Source of the DNA: Octopus sinensis
Taxonomy: Eukaryota
Length of the DNA stretch: 64,000 bases
NCBI RefSeq assembly: GCF_006345805.1
Contig: NC_042999.1
Span: 120,156,001 to 120,220,000, forward strand
Reading direction: 5' to 3'
The first letter of the stretch is position 1. Each line of letters starts with the position of its first letter. This document shows positions 24,441-37,466 of this stretch, piece after piece. The notes beneath the pieces are model-generated. The model was given only the letters and a program-made list of their open reading frames with translations, was not told the origin of the DNA and searched no databases. A program made the position numbers and the translations under genes.

Positions 24441-24441
24441 T

Positions 24442-24830
24442 ACGGCTTCCTTTCATTGTAACTTATTTCATGTCTTAGTACCGGGAATACTTTGTAGGCC
24501 AGGAGTAGCAAGGGAACATTCGTTTTGCTATGCATTCTAAGCTTAACACCACATTTATCCATTTTAGATGGAATAAATAAACGCACCAGTTACAACAGGT
24601 ATTATCGTAGTACTAAGCTGCCACATTTTTGTGATTTCAGTTTTCAGATCTTTATAGTGAGAAAGCTTTTCGTATTCTTTTCTTGGGGAATGTTGGTCTT
24701 GTGGGAAAATCATATCTATTAACTCGCTCGCCACTATCTTTTTTCTTTTCAAGTCATACTTGTCCAAAGAAGTGTTTGGCTTCAGCGCGTGCAACCTTGT
24801 CCACTACACAACCACTTTATTCATGCTTCC
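24442..24830 (-). mobile_element. Old R4/Dong-clade 3' fragment
   Basis: ORF 24564..24794: LIDMIFPQD..KEYEKLSHYKDLKTEITKMWQLSTTIIPVVTGA; ends in (AAT)n. Very degraded upstream parts may extend to ~26800. Confidence 0.75.
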
Positions 24831-26929
24831 TAGACTTATAAAAATTGCCTACCCTTCCTCACTAATAGAAGGCGATATGGGATCTTTACATAGACAGCAG
24901 CACATATTTGGGTTTTAACTAATAATCCAAGTCATCAATGCTCGTTGACCACTGAGGGCATTGCTGAACAGTGAAGTCAATTTTGACCAGTAGAAGAAGC
25001 TCAGTGCATGCAGATTGGTTTCATTGCTGTGTACGTGTCTCGGAGAGGCTCGGTTGAGTAAACACTCGTACTGTATAATATGTCTGGAAACGTCAGCGCC
25101 CCTAGGTAGAATTGCCAGGTATTGCATGTTTAATCTACATGCCAAAGATTAGACATCACCCGCGACAGACTTGTCAGTGGATTTTCTTCGATACCCAGAT
25201 TTTCCACGAGAAGGTGGCCTTTTATGTCCTTTAACAGACTATAGATCAAAAATGAGTAATTTCTACTAACTGCATTGCTTGACTCTTAGAGCGTTTCATG
25301 ATGATCCAGATACCAAGCAGCCTTAGTTTTTGCTTGATTCAGGACTGCGGATCTCTAAAAGTGATTATCTGGAGAAAATGATTTGAGCGATAGTTCAATG
25401 TTGTTCAAATGTTGTAACCTCCGAGCATTTCACCGCATCATTAATCATAGATAGGGAAAGCAGGATAGTCATATGGTAATGGAAGGCTGAGGTAATGTAG
25501 GTTTTCGCTACTTCTGCGCCACTCTTAAAATATTTATTCTTCTCGGTCCTTTTGAGGATTAGAGTGGGTACCCAGTTCTGCACTTCAGGAATCGAGCTAC
25601 AGAACCACTGACTTTTACTTCTATTTATCTACTACCACCAACTTACCTTCTGAGTCAAAAGTTTATAGTTAATATTGTGAGGTCCAGATCATTTGGAACA
25701 GCATACTTCTCCATCCCGATCTCAGGCCACATGAAGATACGTACAACTTGCAACCACTAAAATTGAGCATGATACTTTGTGGTCAGGAAATTATAGTCAT
25801 GGCAATGGAATATAATTATATAGCTGGTGGTTTGAGGTTGTCGAAAAATTGATCTTGTTTCCAAGTGGAACTCAGATCAATCTAAACAAAAAGAGTTGAT
25901 GGAGAACCACTTACATCATTCTGTCGTAGGATAGATGTTCTGCCATTACGATTAGTTAGGGATGTTACCACGAATTAATCTTTGCATAATCGTTTATCAA
26001 TATTCCATTCGAAATATTCAATTCCACTCGGAATATTCTATACCAATGATTTTTTAATGACAGATTGCATGTCTTTTATGTTGTTTGTATAGGTGTCAGC
26101 ATGCTATTTGTTGGGCTGATGTAGTTATTCCGTGTAGTGCATTTTAACTTCTTGTACGTGATTCATTAATGTAGTTGCTAGCATGTTTAGCCATGTAGTT
26201 CATGACTGCTCTTTTTCTATTCATGTTGTAATGATGTAATGGGTGATGATATGTGTTTGTGGATTAAATCTTGCTTGCATGTGTAATTTCAGTTGTGGTG
26301 TTGGTGGTTCTGATGGTGGTGGTAGTAGTGGCGGCGGTGGTAGTAGTGGTGATGATGATCTCCCGGATGTGTTTTGCGGGCTTAATATTTTTTCTTTTTC
26401 TTTTTGTTTCTATTACCATACATAGCAATCTACATAAACTTCCCTTTAAGAAGTGTTTGAGAAACTCGAAGTCGGTAGTGGCCTGTTCGTGGTATTCGTT
26501 TGCTATGATTGATGTTATTTTGAGGGCTTTCTGTTGCTGCCCCTATCGCACTTGATTTTACTATTGTTGTTTATGTGTGATGATGTTCACCACTTTCTGC
26601 TTTTGTTGCAAACAGAACACCTTGAAGTTATCGTTGTTTCTACAATTGTGGCATCTAAGCTTTTTACTTTTAATTATCCCCACTAGTTAAGATATCTGTT
26701 ATATTGTGGATCGGAGATCTAGTATAGTGTCACATATTTCACCGGAATCGCGTTCTCCAGTCACGTTACAATCCAATGTTTTATTTTCTGAATACCAAAG
26801 CTAATACCACCAAATGTCACAAATTTGAATCTGGGGCTATAATAACGGTGCCAACTCTTACCACTTTCCATATGAAGTAAATTAGTATCAGAGTAAATTC
26901 AATTCCGTAAGTAAACTTTAGACAGCAGG

Positions 26930-27005
26930 ATTTCGCATAAATTTGAACTCAGAATGTAATGATGGACGATATTCCGCCAGGCATTTTGCCTAGCATTCTA
27001 ACTTA
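26930..27005 (+). mobile_element. SINE-like interspersed repeat fragment
   Basis: ATTTGAACTCAGAATG...GCATTTT motif shared with 45050-45110. Confidence 0.55.
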
Positions 27006-27029
27006 TTCTGCCTGTTCACTGCCTAAATG

Positions 27030-27120
<91 letters not shown>

Positions 27121-29024
27121 CATTAACATTAACAAAGTAGCACCAACAATTATAAAATTCATAAGGCACTCTATAAATAAATGGCAAACAGTGCTACAGC
27201 TCCAAACAAAAGAGGGACTCATGAAAACCAAAGACATCCCCATCAGAAGAGGAATATTCCAGGGAGACACGCTCTCTCCACTCCTTTTCTGCTTGGCACT
27301 GTCACCTCTATCTGATATGCTAAATAGAACTGGATGCGGATATAAATGTTACGGCAAAACGATCAGCCACCTTTTATATATGGATGACCTAAAGCTATGC
27401 GCTTAAAATGACAAACAGCTGGAAACACTATTAAAGACAGTTCATGGATTTACCAAAGAAATAGATATGAAATTTGGATTAGAAAAATGCGCCAAAGTAA
27501 CCATGAAAAGAGGAAAACTAGTTAAGAGTAGCAACATCACACTAGATAAAACCAATGAAATAAAAGAATTAGACCAAAGCTAAACTTACAAATACTTAGG
27601 AATCCATGAACTAGATAAGACACAACACATACACATGAAAGAGAAATTAAAAAAGAATATTATAGACTAGTTAGATCAATACTAAAAACAGAGCTCAATG
27701 CTAAAAACCACATAATAGGTATTAACACTTTAGCTGTCCCAGTTATAAGTTACAGCTACAATATCCTTAACTGGACACTAATTGAACTGACCAAAATAGA
27801 TAGGAAAACAAGAAAAATAATGACAGGATCTAGGATGCATCACCCAAAAACTGACATAGAAAGACTATATATACAACGTATATAAGGTGGTAGAGGCCTT
27901 ATACAGCTGGAAAACTACTATAAAATAACCACCATAGGACTGCAAAAATATCTACTTCAGAAGGAAGGAAAACTGATACAAATAACGGTAAAACACGAGC
28001 AAAACAAAAAACTAATCTCAGTATTTAAGGAAGCTGACAAATACAAACAAGAAATCATACCACCTAATAAACATGAAGAAGAAGAAGATGAAGAAACAAC
28101 AAAAGCTATAAAACAAATGAAATCCAAACTAAAAATAGAACAGCAACCAACCATGATTTAAAGATGGCAAGAAAAGCCCCTTCATGGTTAATACTGGACT
28201 AAATGAAACGCAAAAGAAATAGACAAAGAAAAATCCCAGCAATGGTTGAGAAGCTCAGGGCTCAAAGCAGAGACAGAGGGATTTTTAATTGCAGCACAAG
28301 ACCATAGCCTCCCCACCAGAAATTACCAAAGACATGTAATGAAAAGAAATATAACAAGTAACTACAGAATATGTGGAGAGAGACAAGAAACAATAAATCA
28401 TATTATCTCTGGCTGCCCAGTCCTGGCTAAGACGGAATATATTCACAGACATGACAGATCTGGAACCTACATACACTGGAAGCTATACCAACATTATGGA
28501 ATAACAACAGAAAAAAGATGGTATAGGCACACACCAGAAAAGGTCACAGAAAACGAGAAAGCAACCATACTCTGGGATATGCCGATACACACAGATAGAG
28601 AAATTAAGACCAACAGACCAGATATAGTTGTCAGAGAACATGAAGAAAAAAATGCTTTCTAATTGATGTATCAATACCGGCAGATGACAACGTGGCTCGA
28701 AAAGAAATGGAGAAACTTCCAAACTACAAAGACCTGGAAATAGAGGTAACTAGAATGTGGAATCTAAAAGGAGAAACAATTCCTATCATAATAGGTGCAT
28801 TAGGCATGATAAAAAAATATTCAGACAAATACATAACAAAAACACCAGGACTTACAAACACATATAACATACAGAAAATTGCACTACTAGGCACTGCACA
28901 CATCCTACGCAGAACACTTTCCATACAATAACCATCAGAGCATCACAACAAATCACAGCACATGCCCAAGGCACACAGAGCTGCGGTCGGTAGTGAAGTG
29001 AAAGTACGCTATAACATAAAACTA

Positions 29025-29027
<3 letters not shown>
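27121..29027 (+). mobile_element. Family A copy, 5'-truncated (~1.9 kb), many stops
   Basis: ORFs 27191..27406, 28246..28662 and 28692..28931 match family A RT/CCHC/REL; same 3' end ...AAAACTACTG-(AAT)n; 5' end joined to (AAT)n. Confidence 0.95.
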
Positions 29028-29078
<51 letters not shown>

Positions 29079-29082
29079 CATT

Positions 29083-29115
<33 letters not shown>

Positions 29116-29330
29116 GTTGTCGTTGTTGTTAGTAGTAGTAATAGTAGTAGTAGTAGTAGTAGTAGTAGTAGAAGAAGAAGAAGAAGAAGAAGAAGAAGAA
29201 GAAGACGAAGAAGAAGAAGAAGAAGAAGAAGAATAAGAAGAAGAAAAGAAGAAGAAGAAGAAGAAGAAGAAGAAGAAGAAGAAGAAGAAGAAGAAGAAGA
29301 AGAAGAAGAAGAAGAAGAAGAAGAAGAATA
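29028..29330. repeat. Compound trinucleotide tract (AAT)-(ATC/ATT)-(GTT)-(AGT)-(AGA)
   Basis: Directly visible. Confidence 0.95.
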
Positions 29331-29810
29331 TATCTTGGGGAAACAGTATTCGACTTCTTTAAAATTGCCCATTACCATCAATTGAATAACAATTTTATGT
29401 AAGTAATACATTAAAATATTAGTAAAATTTTATTGGTTTTTACCTCATGTACGTAACAATTTCCGAGTATTTTTATTTCTCGGCGATTGGCTATGATGCA
29501 TAATGAAACTAGCGATGCAAGTCGAGTTAGATAGAACGCCGGTGGACATTTGACATGAGAGAACGATACTTGACTGTTCCTAAATATACCCATTAATATC
29601 GACTAGACAAAATGTATGACAAAATTCTTAACGGATACTTGTCTTGCTAATATGTATAAGTGAAATATTGCTTTTTATGTAATATAACCAATGTTTTCTA
29701 ATTTCCGTACTTGTTCGAGATTAGCTCCAAGGTGTAAACAAACAGTGTGCATGCCAATTCCCTACAAGTCATTCAACATACAGACATAAAAGGTTGACAA
29801 ACTGTCTACG

Positions 29811-29867
29811 AAAGCCTTGTGAGTGGACTTGGCTGATGGAAACTGAAAGAAGCCCGCCGTATATATG

Positions 29868-29902
<35 letters not shown>

Positions 29903-30097
29903 TTGTGTGTGTCCCCACCAACATCGCTTGACAACCGATGCTGGTGTGTTTACTTCCCCGTAACTTAGTGGTTCGCCAAAAGAGACCGATAGAATAAGTA
30001 CTAGGATTACAAAGAATAAGTTCTGGGGTCGATTTGCTCGACTAAAGGCGGTTCTCCAGCATGGTCACAGTCAAATAACTGAAACAAGTAAAAGAGT
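29811..30097 (+). mobile_element. Octopus-type SINE, head missing
   Basis: GGAAACTGAAAGAAGCCCG..(TA)(TG)..CGCTTGACAACCGATGCTGGTGTGTTTAC..GATTTGCTCGACTAAAGGCGG..CTGAAACAAGTAAAAGAGT; same family as 38827, 48416 and 52752. Confidence 0.9.
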
Positions 30098-30279
30098 CCA
30101 ATTATAAAGAATACCATTCAGCAGAGAGTTAGATAGGAATGTTAACATTGAATTTGGTGAAGAAAAATACTAGTTGTAGAATTCAATATTTTCAGAAACA
30201 GGTAAATTAGTATAGGAATAAAACGATGGCAATCTAATTACAGGGACAAAATTTAGCCTTCATGACTTGCAAATAACAA

Positions 30280-31760
30280 AGAAAAAATGGACTCAAGAAA
30301 AATGCGTTTCTATACTGAATAATTATACTACATCACATACTAATCTATGATACTTGATTATAACAATATTCTTCAACATAATGTGGAAATAATCTTGATC
30401 AACAACCGGAATCTAATCCTGAAATGAGAGACATATGTTGAGAATAACAAAATCATTTTTGTTATCTATTAGAAGTAGTTATTGTGCTTTGCTGTTAGAC
30501 GAACTTCACCATGTAAATATATTTACTCTTCCGTTTACTGACGAAGGATATGGCTCTGCAGAGTTCCCAGGATAAGCTGTTTTGGCTAATAATGATGAAG
30601 TATGGGTTGGATTCGTGATATTTTAAAACATTTCGTCTCTATTTTCTTTCAGAAGCATCTATCAACAAAATTTAACTTTTAATGCCATTAGTTATTTGAA
30701 ATTAAAGTGTTTTGCACTAAATCTTAAACGTTAACATGTAGACGCAAACAAGAGAATGTATTTAAGCGTCACTCGATCTAATAAAACTATCAAATTATTC
30801 TCATTAAATCATATACCCGTATAAAAACCAAAGAGTATCTTATGTTTTGATACTAATGTAGCTCAGGATTCATTATAGCTTAACCATAAAGGAGATGATC
30901 ACGGAAAGATTACCACTGGTCATAATTTTGCACAACCAGGACTAAACTGAGATTATAAGAAGAAGTGGATCGACAGAAATAACAATAACAAAGTAGAGAG
31001 TCATGAAAATACAAGAATCAAGTGAAATATTACATAAACAAAAAGAAGCACCGAATATAAAAACAAACAAATAAAACATTTTTAGGACCTACAGCTAAAT
31101 CCTTTGCGAACATAAATCAATCATGAATATAGAGGACATAAAACAAGGTCAAGAATGAATAAAAATAACAAAAAAGAACAAAATACAAAACCAAGCCGAA
31201 CATACCTACAAAATAAAGTTCAACAAATGCTAGACTTGAATGATACTAACGGATATATGTGCAGACAAAGGAATGTGAAGAGGATCGTAGAGTTGGAAGC
31301 TCCAGACTTGAAAAATCTGAACATGGCGTTAGTCTAAAGAGCTAGTAGTAGAGCCAAATTTTCTATAAACCAACGAAAGACTCTTCAAAAGATAAAATTG
31401 AATGGTAAAATAACAACAGCAATATACGTTATAAACATCATGGAAACAGATGCGAATATCAATATCGCCTAAATAAATCAACTTGTCTATTGTGTATCCA
31501 CCGCTGCTGGTACAAAGAAAATTTCTATAGAAACATTAAAACCTAAGCAAATAAGTTGTTAAACAGAAGTACAGTGGAAGGTAGCAAATAAAAGACAAGA
31601 TCTCCTAGTTTCAATTAGATTAGCCACGGAAGCATATATATGGCAAATAAGGACAGATAGATAAATAAAATATAAAAGCATAACAAAAGAAGCAATCGGA
31701 ATCAAAAGGCACCCAAGACGAAAGGTACTCCTTAAAGCAGAGCAATTATATTTAGTAATG
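30280..31760 (+). mobile_element. Very old R4-clade N-terminal remnants
   Basis: Short readings KKKWTQEKCVSILNNY (cf. RRKWTREEYISILHAY) and INQLVYCVST. Confidence 0.5.
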
Positions 31761-32135
31761 AATTCTACGTTCGTTTTCTCTGCAAATTCAAGTAATGTTT
31801 TGAAAAACTACTTACACTCAATATATAAAGTAAGGCAGCTTTATCTGGAGAGATTCTTGTCCAATCTTGCACAAATATACAAGATTACGAACAAATAGAA
31901 ATGATATTTGTCAAAATTATGTATAAAGTATCTAACAGTTCAGTCATCTACTGAAACAACTTGAAACGGTACTTTAACGACTTAAAAAAGCCACACATTT
32001 TAACAATGCAGGAGAAACATTTGACGCCATAATATATATACTCATAACTTGCTACTTACCATATAAACATTTCCTTAACACCAATATTTCCACAAATAGT
32101 AGATGTGGATTGAGAAACTAAATATATATACTTAC

Positions 32136-32190
<55 letters not shown>

Positions 32191-33539
32191 TAAATATACA
32201 TTTACACGCATGATTATATGTATATATGATTCTAGATGAATATATCAATGGTTGAATGGTAAAATATTGATTACTAATCTATAAATGTGATATTAGCTTC
32301 GTGAAGAATGAAGGGGTCTTGCATATTATGGTTTGATGATCAGCCATTAGATAACACCAATAACTTGCAAGAATATCTGTATAACAAACGTGCAAAGAAT
32401 AAAATAACCACATTCTTCTGCACAACAAAGGAAGAAATTGTACAAGATCATGATGCCCAAGAAAATGCAGCAATTTGAGGGGAACTACTGCCTTTTTATT
32501 TAATTTCTCACCCTCCGGAACCTTTACCGAATAGTTTGGACGTAGGTACATGTGCTATAGAATATCGCTCAACCGTATCCTGTAGATAGACTTATTCCAT
32601 GTTAAATATAACAAATAACTGAAAACCCTTGTTTTAAATACATGATAAGTAAGTTAGCCAGCTCCTAGACAACATTATATTTAAGAGTGAAAGATGAATA
32701 ACACTCAGTGATATTATTGGTAACTAAAGAATCAAAGACAAAATAATCAGACAAGAAATAACCAGATTACAAGCTGTTAAGAATTAATGAGCAAAGTACA
32801 CAAGTAAAGAGCAGAAAGATTGAGAAAGAAATAGCGTAGATATTTTAGACAAACTTTTTAACTGAAATACTCCATAGAATAAAATGGGTATTATTATTAT
32901 TATTATTATTATAATGTTCTCAATCCAAACTAGACCTCAAAATAAAAGTAATAAAACTAAAGAAGCAAGTTAATGATTCTGACAGCATATACAAGACGGC
33001 AGTAAAGAGTCAACTCTTCAATATTTTATTAGCTATGGGACTAGGTGAATCGAGTCAGACACGATTATGGTAGTGTAGGTTTCTTCTATGAAATTTATAG
33101 TGTAAACATTTTGAACTTTCGAGTTCAGGTTGATGAAAGGATGTGATCTAGTGCAATTTGTGAGTAAACCATATAAACTAAATATTCTTGAAAAGGGTGA
33201 TTTAGTATATAACTAACTATAATTACTAGCATTCACGAAACGTTTTCTCAGTTTAGTGGCACTTTGAAATACAGAACAGAGTTTGTAGTGTTAAACAGTT
33301 GAAAGTTTTGGGGAAATGCTTAGAGATAATATTTAACAAGTGAAACTTAATTTTAAATTTCTTTCTAGTACGTTTGCAAGAAAGATCCTACTTGGGCAAA
33401 AAAAGAGAAGCTTGTATTGAGCTAAACTGAAACAATACAATTCTTAGTACACAATCAAAAGTAAAATGTAACGGCTTTTTTGCAGTAGAAGACTAATGCC
33501 TTGCGTCCGGAACAACAGTAAACCTAAAGACGCATTAGG

Positions 33540-33960
33540 TAAGATGTAAATTCAGAAGATGTAGAAACTGCAAAGAAGCGATCAATCACAACTTTTCTGG
33601 TTGCTTTGTCTTAGCCAAATTGGAGTATATAAATGAGTATGATAGATGTGCAAGTTTCATATACTGGGAATGATGCCAGTATTATAGAATACGAAAAGAT
33701 TCAAGATGACACAACCGACATCAGAAATAATATTTCGAAATGACGAATTGAATATGCTCTGGGGCATGCCGATTCACGAAGATGGGAAGATTAACGAAAA
33801 TTACCCAGTCAATATAGTCAAATACAACCAGGAAAAGAAATACTTTATAATAGCCGAATCAATTCCAACAGACAACAATATATATCTCAAAGAAATGAGA
33901 AACTAAGAAGTTTAAATATCTAAAAATAGAAATATCAATGAAGAGAGAAACGAATCCTTT
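33540..33960 (+). mobile_element. Old R4/Dong 3' remnant (CCHC + REL)
   Basis: CRNCKEAINHNFSGCFVLAKLEY; ORF 33706..33906 LWGMPIHEDGKINENYP..IPTDNNIYLKEM. Confidence 0.75.
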
Positions 33961-33996
33961 AATAATAGCTGCCTTAAGAAAAAAGAAAATAGCTAA

Positions 33997-34031
<35 letters not shown>

Positions 34032-34235
34032 AACAATGAAAATAGATGTTATATATAAACAAAGAACTTACATATACAATGTATTGAAAATAGAAGCATT
34101 AGGCAATTATATAACGTAGAGTAATCTTATCTGGACTGTAAAAAACAAAAGACATAGCGAATGCGGATAGAACTAACCCTGTTATGTTCTAAAACCATCA
34201 GTAAAAGTAAAACAAACTGAAATAACAACAACACC

Positions 34236-34271
<36 letters not shown>

Positions 34272-34482
34272 AAGAGGAGGAAGAAGAAGAAGAAGAAGAA
34301 GAAGGAGGAGAAGGAGGAGGAGGATGAGGAGGAGGAAGAAGAAGAAGGAGGAGGAGGAGGAGAAGAAGAAGAAAGAAGAAGAAGAGAAGAAGAAAGAAGA
34401 AGAAGAAGAAGAAGAAGAAGAAGAAGAAGAATAAGAAAAGAAGAAGAAGAAGAAGAAGAAAAGAAGAAGAAAAGAAGAAGGT

Positions 34483-34950
34483 AAAAATGTCACTATCCAG
34501 ATAAATCGACCAGACATAGTTATAAAAGACGGAGAAGAAAATACTTGTAGACTAATAGATATAAGTGCTCCCACTGATAAAAATATATCTATAAAGGAAT
34601 TTGACAAATTAAGTAAATATTAGGACCTGAAAATTGAAATACAATCGATGTGGCATCTTAAAGCAAAAACTGTTCCTAATATAGTGGTTTCCATAGGTAT
34701 GATAAGAAAGGGATGTCAGAAATATCTAGATAATATCCCAGGTGAACCATGTCTCAGAGAAATTCAAAAGCGTGTACTGACAAGTTCTGCTCACATCCTT
34801 AGAAAAAAAACCCTATCAATTTAAATGTATGTGTTGTATAACAGGAAGATATTTCGCTCCTGCCCCTGCCACTTCACCTCCCCAAGCTTTCAGTCATACT
34901 GTAAGATGTGTTATGTTTCACTCGCCCTAAGATGCTGGGTTTAACATAGA
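34483..34950 (+). mobile_element. R4/Dong 3' fragment (REL + 3' UTR)
   Basis: INRPDIVIKDGEENTCRLIDISAPTDKNISIKEFDKLSKY*DLKIEIQSMWHLKAKTVP...; preceded by (AAT)/(AGA) tract 34240-34480. Confidence 0.85.
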
Positions 34951-34954
34951 GTGC

Positions 34955-35354
34955 GACCAAGCCATAAATGGCCAGATATCGTGATCATCCATAAAAATGA
35001 AAAAGAAGCAAAGATAATAGACGATGCAATACTAGGCGATTCGAGGGTGAAATGTAAGGAAATAGAAAAGAGTGAGAAATAACAGCTACTGCGGGACGAG
35101 ATAGGAAAGTTATGGGGCATGAGGAGAATAATGGTGATGCCGGCGGTAACTCGAGTATTAGGAGCAGTTTCCAAGAAGCTTTGAAAAACATAGTAAGAAT
35201 ATTGGAGCTGCTACCACCAGGTTCGAAGTGATCCAGAAGACAACATTGTTGGATACAGCTTGCATTTTATGGAGAGTACTACTTGAAAAATTTGGTGATT
35301 CGTTATTGCCTGCTTTCAAATAAAGAACAACCGCAAATAGATCAGGAAGAATCA

Positions 35355-35355
<1 letters not shown>
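34955..35355 (+). mobile_element. R4/Dong 3' fragment (REL)
   Basis: HKWPDIVIIHKNEKEAKIIDDAILGDSRVKCKEIEK...LRDEIGKLWGMRR; ends in (AAC)n. Confidence 0.8.
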
Positions 35356-35391
<36 letters not shown>

Positions 35392-35445
35392 AATAATAAT
35401 AAGAAGAAGAAGAAGAACAACAACAACAACAACAACAACAACAAC

Positions 35446-35670
35446 TTCAGTATGGAGATGGAATCATAAAATTGTAAAAGAAAGAACTGATGAACATGGA
35501 TACGAAGACAAGAAAATGTTGACAGTACACGGAGCCTTCCCGCTTAAGAGTGACACCCTAAGCTTATGATTTACGGAAAGAAACCCTGTGAGACCTCTGA
35601 GAGTAGGCTGTTGTCCATCCTCACAGGATCTACGAGAACAAACAAGACCTAGCGTTCTGAGAAGTAAAAC
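35446..35670 (+). mobile_element. R4-clade RT C-terminal fragment
   Basis: YGDGIIKL*KKELMNMDTKTRKMLTVHGAFPLKSD; related to ~36770-36870 on the minus strand. Confidence 0.7.
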
Positions 35671-35728
35671 AACAACAACAACAACAACAACAACAATAAT
35701 AATAATAATAATGATAATAATAATAATA

Positions 35729-35784
<56 letters not shown>

Positions 35785-35807
35785 CATTATTATTATTATC
35801 ATCATCA

Positions 35808-35870
35808 TCATTTTCTTACAGAAAATGAGAATTAGCGATAAAGAATTTACAGAAAATGAAACTTCGCCAT
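35808..35870 (+). mobile_element. Isolated 5' terminus of family B
   Basis: CATTTTCTTACAGAAAATGAGAATTAGCGATAAAGAATTTACAGAAAATGAAACTTCGCCAT is the reverse complement of ~24250-24311. Confidence 0.9.
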
Positions 35871-35879
35871 AAAGACTGA

Positions 35880-36240
35880 CCGTATTGTTGAAGCAAGAAA
35901 ACTAAACATGACTATAGAGAACAAAATAAACAAAGAATGTATGATTGAAATTCCCTACGATAACGACGTTGATACCAAAGAAATAGAAAAAAAACTGAGA
36001 AATGACAAGATCTAGCGAGAGAGCTGGGGAGATTGCGGAAGATCAAGAATACAATTGTCCTTGTAATAAGTGGTGCACTTGGCAAAACAACCAAGCTGCT
36101 TCCTAAATGGCTGCAAGAAATTGGAACTGAAACTCGCATAGTCGACCTACAGAAAGTATCATGTTATATTCTTGGCGACACCTTCTGGGGTTTACTCATG
36201 TGTCTTTGCTCTCTGTAGGCTGTGATTTCCACAGAGGTCG
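35880..36240 (+). mobile_element. R4/Dong 3' fragment (REL)
   Basis: ORF 36033..36218: IVLVISGALGKTTKLLPKWLQEIGTETRIVDLQK. Confidence 0.7.
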
Positions 36241-36249
36241 CAACAGATC

Positions 36250-36880
36250 ATACTTGCCAAATTTTCATGTCTTTTCTATTTGCCTTGTGCTAATTTCGGG
36301 CATTCGCTAACTATGTACCATAGTTACCACCCTCACCACACATTATGCATTTGTCGCTGTCGGATATGTCGTCTATTCTGCACTTCACAATGTTGGTCCT
36401 CAACGCTTGTTTTTGAGCTGAGCATATGTGTGCTTTTGACTTTATCGTCAGTTCACGCCTCCTCGTCCATAATCACCGATCTTCTGTATTTGTCTTGGCG
36501 TTCGTATCACTTGTAAACTGTCCGTACATTTCTTTCCTTCCATGCTGTTTCATTTTTGTGTTCTTTTCCTCTTCAAATGTTTCTTTCATTACACAATTCT
36601 CAGTTTTGATGATACCGGCCTTCTTCGTGTGTCTCAACTATGACTCCACAGCATTTTTTACATATCACCCTAAGCTATTTTTCTATCTTTCGATATAATC
36701 CTGGCAACAGATCAAACGTCTCTCACCCTATCTTCTAGACAAGTACAGTCAATGGCGGTCACTCTTAGGGTGGAAGGCACCGTGTACTGTCAACATTTTT
36801 CTCGTCTTTGTATCCATTTCCATCAGTTCTTTCTTTTGCCATTTTAAAATTCCGGGTCCATACCGAAGAGATGCTATCAT
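36250..36880 (-). mobile_element. R4-clade fragment (RT C-terminus to CCHC)
   Basis: LRYGPGILKWQKKELMEMDTKTRKMLTVHGAFHPKSD..LYLSRR; SDKCIMCGE..; KLAQ..KRHENLA. Confidence 0.75.
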
Positions 36881-36899
36881 CCATGTATTAACCGCTTGG

Positions 36900-37190
36900 A
36901 TTTTATTACATCAGGTTAATGTTGAACGCAACACCAATCTTATCGAGGTTATTTTTCTTCCAGATTTTAAATGTATATGTTGTTGTGTTTCCATCCTGTG
37001 GGTAGAGCATTACTGTAAAATAAGTGTGTAGGGTTGAAATATATTCCTCAAGCGTCCATATATACTTTTTTGACTGTATTTGCGGAACGTGAGGTATAAC
37101 GTCCAGCTCTAGTTTTGATGGGCATCATTTTCGTAGGGTACCGGTTCGTTCATTTCTGGTGTTAAATGGTTTTGCACCTGTAGTTTATTA
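36900..37190 (-). mobile_element. Older family-A-like 5' fragment
   Basis: CGTAGGGTACCGGT(C/T)CGTTCATTTCTG and surrounding sequence align with ~18310-18570 of element A. Confidence 0.75.
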
Positions 37191-37434
37191 TAATGAGCGT
37201 CATGATGTTTTTTCGGGATTACGAAGGAAGTAATCAGGGAGGTTTTTAAAGAGAACACTGTGAAAAAGTATGATTATTTTGTGGATTTTGTTCAGTTTAC
37301 GTGCGTAAAAAAAGTAAGCAAAAATTAAGGGGGAGATAACTAATAAAAGAAGGTCAGGGAAGTAACTCAACTTCTTACTATAATAGGCGTTTTGTCCATC
37401 TGTCTCTGTTCCTTTTTTCACGGTCCAACGCCTA

Positions 37435-37466
<32 letters not shown>

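Noticed and set aside
24830-26800. Continuous old R4 element upstream of the 24442-24830 fragment
   Set aside because: Only faint motif echoes; too degraded to annotate with confidence.
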